From NCBI GenBank assembly GCA_963681965.1, contig OY820579.1, forward strand, positions 1,504,001 to 1,568,000: a DNA stretch of 64,000 nucleotides, given 5' to 3'. A program made the position numbers and the translations under genes. Numbering within the stretch: position 1 is the stretch's first letter; each line of letters opens with the position of its first letter. Shown here piece by piece: positions 58,094-64,000 of this stretch. Below the pieces are notes generated by a model. It saw only the letters and a program-made list of their open reading frames with translations. It was not told the origin of the DNA and did no database searches. This DNA comes from a bacterium. Lineage in GTDB: Bacteria; Electryoneota; JAOADG01.

Positions 58094-59485
58094 ATGTCCC
58101 ACCGTCTTCCCGAAAATGGTAAGATCCTTATCGTCGATGACGACAAAGACATTCTAACAGCAGCTCAGCTCCTGCTAAAGCGTCATGTCGCTACCGTCCA
58201 TGTCGAAGCACGTCCCGAAAACATTCCCGCTCGTTTGAATGCCGGTTCTTACGACGTCATCCTCTTGGATATGAATTTCGAGCGTGGCGAGATGTCCGGT
58301 GCCGACGGTCTCTATTGGTTGCGCGAGATTCTGGATTTGGATCCGACAGCTGTCGTAGTATTGATCACAGCTTATGGTGATATGGATTTGGCAGTGCGCG
58401 CGATTAAACAGGGTGCAACCGATTTTATCGTCAAGCCGTGGCAAAACGAGAAATTGGTCGCGACCCTAAATGCTGCACTGGAATTGCGGGCATCCCGGTC
58501 GGAAGTGGAAGCGCTTCGCTTCCGTCAGCAAGCGCTGAAGGAAGATCTCGATCGCAACTATCACCCACTGATCGGTCAATCTCCCGCTTGGCGAAAAGTG
58601 ATGGATATGATCGGAAAGGTTGCCGCTTCCGATGCCAATGTTCTGTTACTGGGCGAAAACGGTACTGGGAAAGAGTTAGTTGCCAACGAATTGCACCGCC
58701 GGTCGAATCGTGCCGATGAAGTATTTATCTCTGTCGATATGGGTTCTTTGACCGAATCGCTGTTCGAAAGTGAACTATTCGGTCACGTCAAAGGTGCATT
58801 TACCGATGCCAAGCAGGATAAAGCCGGTCGCTTTGAAATCGCACACCGGGGATCTTTGTTCCTCGATGAAATTGCGAATTTATCGATGTCGCAGCAATCG
58901 AAGTTGCTTTCGGTGCTTGAACAGCGTAAAGTGATTCGTGTGGGGAGCAATATTGCACGTGCCGTCGATATCCGGTTAATTTGTGCTACCAATCGACCAT
59001 TGCTCCAATTGGTCGCTCAGGGTAGTTTCCGGACCGATCTGTTGTATCGGATTAATACCGTTGAAATTCAAATTCCGCCTCTGCGTGAACGGAAAGAAGA
59101 TATCGGTAGTTTGGTCGAGTATTATCTCGACATTTTTGCCAATCGCTATCATAAACCCGGTATGCGGCTTGCACCCAATACATTGCCGGCGTTGACCGAA
59201 TATCCTTGGCCCGGTAATGTTCGCGAATTGAAGCATACCATGGAACGTGCGGTGATTTTAGCCGACAACAACTTATTGCGTCCGCAGGACTTGTTCTTGA
59301 CAACGACCGAAAAAATGGAAAATGCCGATTCAATTCCACTCGACTCGTTCAATCTCGATATCATCGAACGGCATGTTATCGAGCGTGTGCTACGACGATT
59401 CAGCGGAAATATCAAACGATCGGCTGAGGAACTCGGAGTAACCCGTACGACACTTTATCGAAGATTGGAGAAGTATGGTTTATAA
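58094..59485 (+). CDS. Sigma54-dependent NtrC-family response regulator
   Basis: REC 'ILIVDDD...LLDMNF'; 'GENGTGKE', 'ESELFGHVKGAFTDA', 'WPGNVREL'; Fis-type HTH 'LGVTRTTLYRRL'. Confidence 0.93.
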   Translation: MSHRLPENGKILIVDDDKDILTAAQLLLKRHVATVHVEARPENIPARLNAGSYDVILLDMNFERGEMSGADGLYWLREILDLDPTAVVVLITAYGDMDLAVRAIKQGATDFIVKPWQNEKLVATLNAALELRASRSEVEALRFRQQALKEDLDRNYHPLIGQSPAWRKVMDMIGKVAASDANVLLLGENGTGKELVANELHRRSNRADEVFISVDMGSLTESLFESELFGHVKGAFTDAKQDKAGRFEIAHRGSLFLDEIANLSMSQQSKLLSVLEQRKVIRVGSNIARAVDIRLICATNRPLLQLVAQGSFRTDLLYRINTVEIQIPPLRERKEDIGSLVEYYLDIFANRYHKPGMRLAPNTLPALTEYPWPGNVRELKHTMERAVILADNNLLRPQDLFLTTTEKMENADSIPLDSFNLDIIERHVIERVLRRFSGNIKRSAEELGVTRTTLYRRLEKYGL

Positions 59486-60878
59486 CCGCTATCGCGCCCA
59501 GATCGTAGTTCGCAGTATACTGATCTTCGCAACAATAGCGGTGGCAATATGGTTGTTTTTATCCGGAGGTTTCGTAGTAACCGCGATCCTTCTGGGAGTA
59601 ATTACAATCGTTCAAATTGGGCTTTATGTTCGATATTCCGAGCGAACCGAGCGAGACTTGGTTCGCTTTTTCAATGCTATCGCCTACGACGATTTCGAGG
59701 AAAATTTTCGCTCGAATCGAACCGTCGAATCGCGTAATTTAAATGCCGCTTTCGCTAATATTATTGGTCAATTTCGACGGGTACGCGGACAACGCGAAGC
59801 GCATTATCGGTATTTAAAGGCGATTATCGACCACGCCGGTACCGGTTTGATTGCGTTCGATCGCGATGGTAGAGTCGATCTAGCGAACCACTCCGCTTTA
59901 CGTCTATTTGATTTGGATCATCTCACCAATATCAAGCAATTGGATCCGAAAGCCCCGGGAATTGTGGAAATATTATCGTCGATTAATGCCAATGAACGTA
60001 GAATTCAACGACTGACAAATTCCTACGGTATGACTGAAGTGGTTATCGATGCGATCAAATTTCGACGCGAAAATAACCTGTTGACATTGATCTCACTCCA
60101 GAATATTTCCACCGAATTGGAAGCACGTGAAGTAGAAACCTGGCAATTGATCTTGCGATCGATCACGCACGAAATCCGCAATTCCATGACGCCGATCGCA
60201 TCGTTGGCAACAACCGCAATATCGTATCTAGATACACCAAAACAACTGGCGAATGATCCTGAGATTGTTTCCGATGTAAAATTAGCACTATCCACAATCG
60301 AACAACGCAGTCAGGGTCTGTTGCGGTTTTGCGATGCATACCGAACCTTAGCTCAGGTTCCAGCACCCCGACTGAAAGAAGAATCGATGTTGGCGATCTT
60401 TGAGCACATTCGCTCTTGTTTTCAAGCGCAATTCCGGCAACATTCGATTTTTCATTTCTTCAGTGTCGATCCACCCGATATGTCTTTGATGGTCGATATC
60501 GATTTGATTGAACAAGTCATGATCAATCTGATTGCGAATGCGATGGAGGCGATGGAGAACCGAAGTGATAAACGAATCGAAGTAAAAGCTCGATCCGATG
60601 ATTTCGGTAACATTATAGTGGAAGTAAGTGACAATGGTCCCGGCTTGAAAACTGATGTTGAGGCAAAGATCTTCGTACCCTTCTTTTCGACTAAGAAAGA
60701 GGGATCTGGCATTGGATTAAGTCTATCGCGATTGATTCTGAGACAACATAATGCATCAATCACTGTGGAATCGATTCCGAATCAACGCACCACTTTTACA
60801 ATTGTTTTTCCCGCTTCGTTAAATCTGCACTCTCAAAAACAATCTACCGAAAATTCTAATTTTATATCCACACAATAA
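59475..60878 (+). CDS. Membrane sensor histidine kinase (PAS + HATPase)
   Basis: Two TM helices; 'THEIRNSMTPI', 'NLIANA', 'DNGPG', 'FFSTKKEGSGIGL'; overlaps the regulator. Confidence 0.92.
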   Translation: MVYNRYRAQIVVRSILIFATIAVAIWLFLSGGFVVTAILLGVITIVQIGLYVRYSERTERDLVRFFNAIAYDDFEENFRSNRTVESRNLNAAFANIIGQFRRVRGQREAHYRYLKAIIDHAGTGLIAFDRDGRVDLANHSALRLFDLDHLTNIKQLDPKAPGIVEILSSINANERRIQRLTNSYGMTEVVIDAIKFRRENNLLTLISLQNISTELEAREVETWQLILRSITHEIRNSMTPIASLATTAISYLDTPKQLANDPEIVSDVKLALSTIEQRSQGLLRFCDAYRTLAQVPAPRLKEESMLAIFEHIRSCFQAQFRQHSIFHFFSVDPPDMSLMVDIDLIEQVMINLIANAMEAMENRSDKRIEVKARSDDFGNIIVEVSDNGPGLKTDVEAKIFVPFFSTKKEGSGIGLSLSRLILRQHNASITVESIPNQRTTFTIVFPASLNLHSQKQSTENSNFISTQ

Positions 60879-60901
60879 CGAATACATATTATTGAATAAT
60901 T

Positions 60902-61315
60902 CTATTTACGTTTGTTTAAAATGATTGGGACCTGCAGATTGATCGGTTCGGCAGCCGCATACTTTTGAATTTCTTCTTTTGGAATTTGCAGTGTAACCCG
61001 CTGCGGAACGATCTCGATTTGAGAGGGTTGTACCGCAAGGGATGTTCCGAAGCCCAGCGAAAATCCAATCACTAGAATGGCTGCGATCTTCAACGCTAAA
61101 AATCGATTATGATGGACTATTTTGATGGCAGGATAAAGTGGTGGCTGCACCGGTATCGATACACAGGCTATCAAATCCAATTCATTACGGATTTTACCCA
61201 CTGCTTCCGAGCATTCCTCACAGCCAGCCAAATGGAATTCGATCGCAAGCAGCTCATCCGTCTCCAGTGTTTCTAATGCGAATTGCAGCAACGTGTCTTG
61301 ATCGGGATGCTTCAT
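60902..61315 (-). CDS. Zinc-finger (zf-HC2) transmembrane anti-sigma factor
   Basis: 'HLAGCEEC' HxxxCxxC, then a TM helix; overlaps the sigma gene stop. Confidence 0.85.
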   Translation of the reverse strand: MKHPDQDTLLQFALETLETDELLAIEFHLAGCEECSEAVGKIRNELDLIACVSIPVQPPLYPAIKIVHHNRFLALKIAAILVIGFSLGFGTSLAVQPSQIEIVPQRVTLQIPKEEIQKYAAAEPINLQVPIILNKRK

Positions 61316-61851
61316 GGTAGAATTCCTTTCTTGAATAGGCTGTCACGACATTTCTTGATTGCATAGAATAATCTCGATTTTACTGTTCCCAGCGGAATTT
61401 CGAGTAGTTGTCCAATTTGATCCAAACTCATGCCGGAATAAAACCGGAGCACCAATATATCGCGTGAGTTGGAATCTAGCTCTTTAATAGATATTGCCAC
61501 TTCCATCATTCGTTCATTACCAATTAATGTGTCTAGTTGATTGATTGACGGTTCGGCTATTTCGAATTTGGATACGTCGTAATATTTTCGGTTGCGGAAC
61601 TTCTCCTTTAGGGATAACCGGTAAGCGATCGTTGCAACGTATCCGCCAAGACTACCATTGGTATGTTGATTGTGTGATTCAATTAGTGATAGGAAAGTCT
61701 GTTGTGCAATGTCTTGAGCTGCGGCAATCGATCCGGTAATCAGAAATGCGGCATTGACTGTCGATTGATAATACTGGTCGACTAGCCACTGCCACGATTC
61801 TTGATCGCCGGATCGCGCATTATTCAGATAGTTCCATTCCAGAGAGATCAA
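61312..61851 (-). CDS. ECF sigma-70 factor
   Basis: 'AQDIAQQTF' region 2; 'LRFYSGMSLDQIGQLLEIPLGTVKSRL' region 4; start assumed at the TTG overlapping the upstream TGA. Confidence 0.85.
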   Translation of the reverse strand: MISLEWNYLNNARSGDQESWQWLVDQYYQSTVNAAFLITGSIAAAQDIAQQTFLSLIESHNQHTNGSLGGYVATIAYRLSLKEKFRNRKYYDVSKFEIAEPSINQLDTLIGNERMMEVAISIKELDSNSRDILVLRFYSGMSLDQIGQLLEIPLGTVKSRLFYAIKKCRDSLFKKGILP

Positions 61852-63125
61852 TGGATACCCTGTTTCGTACACCATTCGCGAATTTCCGGAATCTCCGAAT
61901 AGCGATTCCAGATCTCTAAGGCAGCTCGTTTGTTCTCTTGCGAAAGAACCGGCTGTAAATGTGTCCGATACCAACGGAACATTGCAATACGATCGGTTGA
62001 ATTTAATGTTTTTCCGCTATCCAATAAACCATTCATTCCACCGAGATATAAACTCGTCATCATGAGTCCGGCATCGCTAGGTTTCGCATTGCGAAGTCGC
62101 CAGCTATCTAGACCACCGGTACGGAATTCATTGAGCCAAATGCCGAAATTGTGTTTCACTACCGACTCATTTTTATCTTGTGATGCTGTCAATCTGATTG
62201 CCAATCCAACGTGAAAACCATTGTCAATAAACGGTTTCAATTTCGGTGTTTCTTCCAGCGTTAGTGCTGCATAAACCGGGCGATTTGCCAATTTTGCCGA
62301 TTCGATCAAACGCACTATTAGAGTATCGCTTGAGAGTGCGACTGGGTTCCCTTTCCGATCGGATTTAATGAAATTTTGAATACATTCGGCTTGGATCTTG
62401 TCGACTTCGGATTTTGTGATGTAGTCGTGAACCCCTTCTTTGATGATTTCCAGAGGGTACCACGGAGCGTTCATCAACGATCGATTTACGATGATTACAT
62501 CCGGTCGATACTTGACGATTCGCGTGAGAATCCAAGCCGGATAAGTATCGTTGTCGCCATTCGTCAGCAAAATCGCATTGGAATCGAGACACGCTAGCAC
62601 ATTATAGTTTAAGTCCATGATGTCTTCGGGAATGGCGGCACGTTCAAGTAACTGACGAAGCATCGCATTGGTTCGTTCGCGGTCGTTATCAGCCATGTAA
62701 TCGACAACCAATGCGAAAACCGGATCCATATATGTCGGGTCGAGTTGAATCGCGCGTTCCAGCGCAGCTTTGGCTTCGATGTTGTCTGCTCCGCCGTGTG
62801 TCAGCATCGAGTTTAAGTACAACAGCGTTGGATTGGCGGGATATTTTTTAATACCGGTTGCCAACAATTTTGGGTAATCTTTGAGATCTGCATACCGTGC
62901 AGCCATCATCCAATTTCCATACGCATCCTCTGATGGGTAGGATTGATAATACTTGGACCAAAGCGCTGCGAGCTTTTCGTAGGTTTCTGTATCGTAGATT
63001 ACGATTTTCTTACTCACGACTGGTTGCGGACGATCGATTGATGCAGTGGATCGATTGCATCCTGCAAGAAGCAATATGCAGGAAATTGAAACGAAAATTG
63101 TGATGACAATAATTTGACGGATCAT
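61848..63125 (-). CDS. Lipoprotein with TPR-like region and 'GDNDTYP' (DUF2723-associated) domain
   Basis: Lipobox LAGC; 'AKAALERAIQLDPTY' TPR-like; 'NAILLTNGDNDTYPAW...RPDVIIVNRSL'. Confidence 0.65.
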   Translation of the reverse strand: MIRQIIVITIFVSISCILLLAGCNRSTASIDRPQPVVSKKIVIYDTETYEKLAALWSKYYQSYPSEDAYGNWMMAARYADLKDYPKLLATGIKKYPANPTLLYLNSMLTHGGADNIEAKAALERAIQLDPTYMDPVFALVVDYMADNDRERTNAMLRQLLERAAIPEDIMDLNYNVLACLDSNAILLTNGDNDTYPAWILTRIVKYRPDVIIVNRSLMNAPWYPLEIIKEGVHDYITKSEVDKIQAECIQNFIKSDRKGNPVALSSDTLIVRLIESAKLANRPVYAALTLEETPKLKPFIDNGFHVGLAIRLTASQDKNESVVKHNFGIWLNEFRTGGLDSWRLRNAKPSDAGLMMTSLYLGGMNGLLDSGKTLNSTDRIAMFRWYRTHLQPVLSQENKRAALEIWNRYSEIPEIREWCTKQGIH

Positions 63126-63366
63126 GATGAACTCCCGGAAGGAAACTTGGATTCAGCTTGAATTCATCGACGAGAAAGATGCGGGTCGTATTAATATAAT
63201 CCGTAAGCAGACAAAAGGTTCATTTATGATTGTTCGTGAGTCTATGTTATTGACAATGGATGAAATATTTATTGTAAGTATAAAAATACTATTCTATTAG
63301 GGTATTTCTCTTACTTGTTATCGATGATAAGACTGGTAATTCCCTAATTACTATCAGTATCGAGAA

Positions 63367-63395
63367 TTGACGCGAACTAATTTACTACGTATCAT
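63367..63395 (+). promoter_or_regulatory. Sigma70-type promoter of the tetR gene
   Basis: TTGACG-17 nt-TATCAT; followed by a TCGAC-N15-GTCGA inverted repeat (63399-63423), a possible operator. Confidence 0.5.
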
Positions 63396-63432
63396 ATATC
63401 GACGAAAAAACTGAAATGGTCGAAGAATCGAG

Positions 63433-64000
63433 ATGAGAAACAAATTACCGGAACTAACTAGACAACGTGAACGCAAGATCCTTGATGCCGCACAACTGCG
63501 GTTTGCCGCCTATGGCGAACAGCATGCGACGATGGATGAGATTGCCGCCGATGTCGGAATGGGCAAAGCAACGTTGTATTACTATTTTCCGTGTAAAGAG
63601 CAACTATTTCGAGCGGTAATTGCCCGTGAACAAGAGCAATTCTTGTTGCAACTCCGAAAAATTGCCGCAAAGACAGATGAACCGTCAGATAAACTGCGCG
63701 AATATGTACAGCATCGAGTTCGGTACTTTCATCGCCTGGTTAATTTAAATGCGTTAAGTATCCAATCGATCCTTGAGATGAAACCGATCTATCGAGAACT
63801 ATTTCAACGATTTGCTGTTGAAGAACGAAAACTGATCGCAAAAATTATTACTGACGGCAATCAATCCGGGCATTTTGAGGTTGACAATCCCGATGAAGTC
63901 GCTACTGTATTGCTTCACGCTTTGCACGGACTTCGATGGCGAGCACTGCGGATCGCTTCACACAATCCCGTTCCTGCGGTCGATCCCCGGGAACTCTTAT
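63433..64000 (+). CDS. TetR/AcrR-family transcriptional regulator (3'-truncated; absent from the ORF track)
   Basis: Translated by hand: MRNKLPELTRQRERKILDAAQLRFAAYGEQHATMDEIAADVGMGKATLYYYFPCKEQLF...; open to the window end. Confidence 0.9.
   Translation, partial: MRNKLPELTRQRERKILDAAQLRFAAYGEQHATMDEIAADVGMGKATLYYYFPCKEQLFRAVIAREQEQFLLQLRKIAAKTDEPSDKLREYVQHRVRYFHRLVNLNALSIQSILEMKPIYRELFQRFAVEERKLIAKIITDGNQSGHFEVDNPDEVATVLLHALHGLRWRALRIASHNPVPAVDPRELL

Overview
64 kb of bacterial chromosome, probably from a flagellated diderm of the FCB superphylum (inferred from a T9SS/Por-type C-terminal sorting domain, fliD/fliS/flgM and LPS genes waaA/GT9). Most of it is housekeeping and accessory genes: flagellar gene tail, MUG glycosylase, FKBP, CapA-like protein, tRNA-Glu, proline dehydrogenase, PAS hybrid kinase, PNGase F-like + GH20 pair, hicBA, smpB-ispB-GT9-waaA-ecfA operon, gcdH, Ppx/GppA, tyrS, a sigma54-linked MacAB-type ABC exporter with its two-component system, an ECF/anti-sigma cluster and a TetR gene. 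Two things stand out. (1) A four-gene minus-strand operon (22396-30471) encodes a 1432-aa cytochrome c with 56 CxxCH plus one CX4CH motif (hand count; 19 tri-heme modules), a predicted outer-membrane beta-barrel, a ferric-reductase/NOX-like di-heme-b membrane protein, and a membrane-anchored, apparently circularly permuted FAD/NAD(P)H oxidoreductase with Fe-S clusters. Together they look like a self-contained NAD(P)H-to-cell-surface electron conduit. (2) A T9SS SBBP-repeat gene (37413-41511) has about ten REP-type palindromes inserted in frame in its N-terminal domain; one of those REPs was then hit by an IS256-like element whose removal restores the reading frame. Also present: an IS5 element that replaced a stop codon, an IS1595 remnant, a MITE-like element carrying a REP, and a dense intergenic REP cluster. 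All calls come from reading motifs by eye; no database searches were run.
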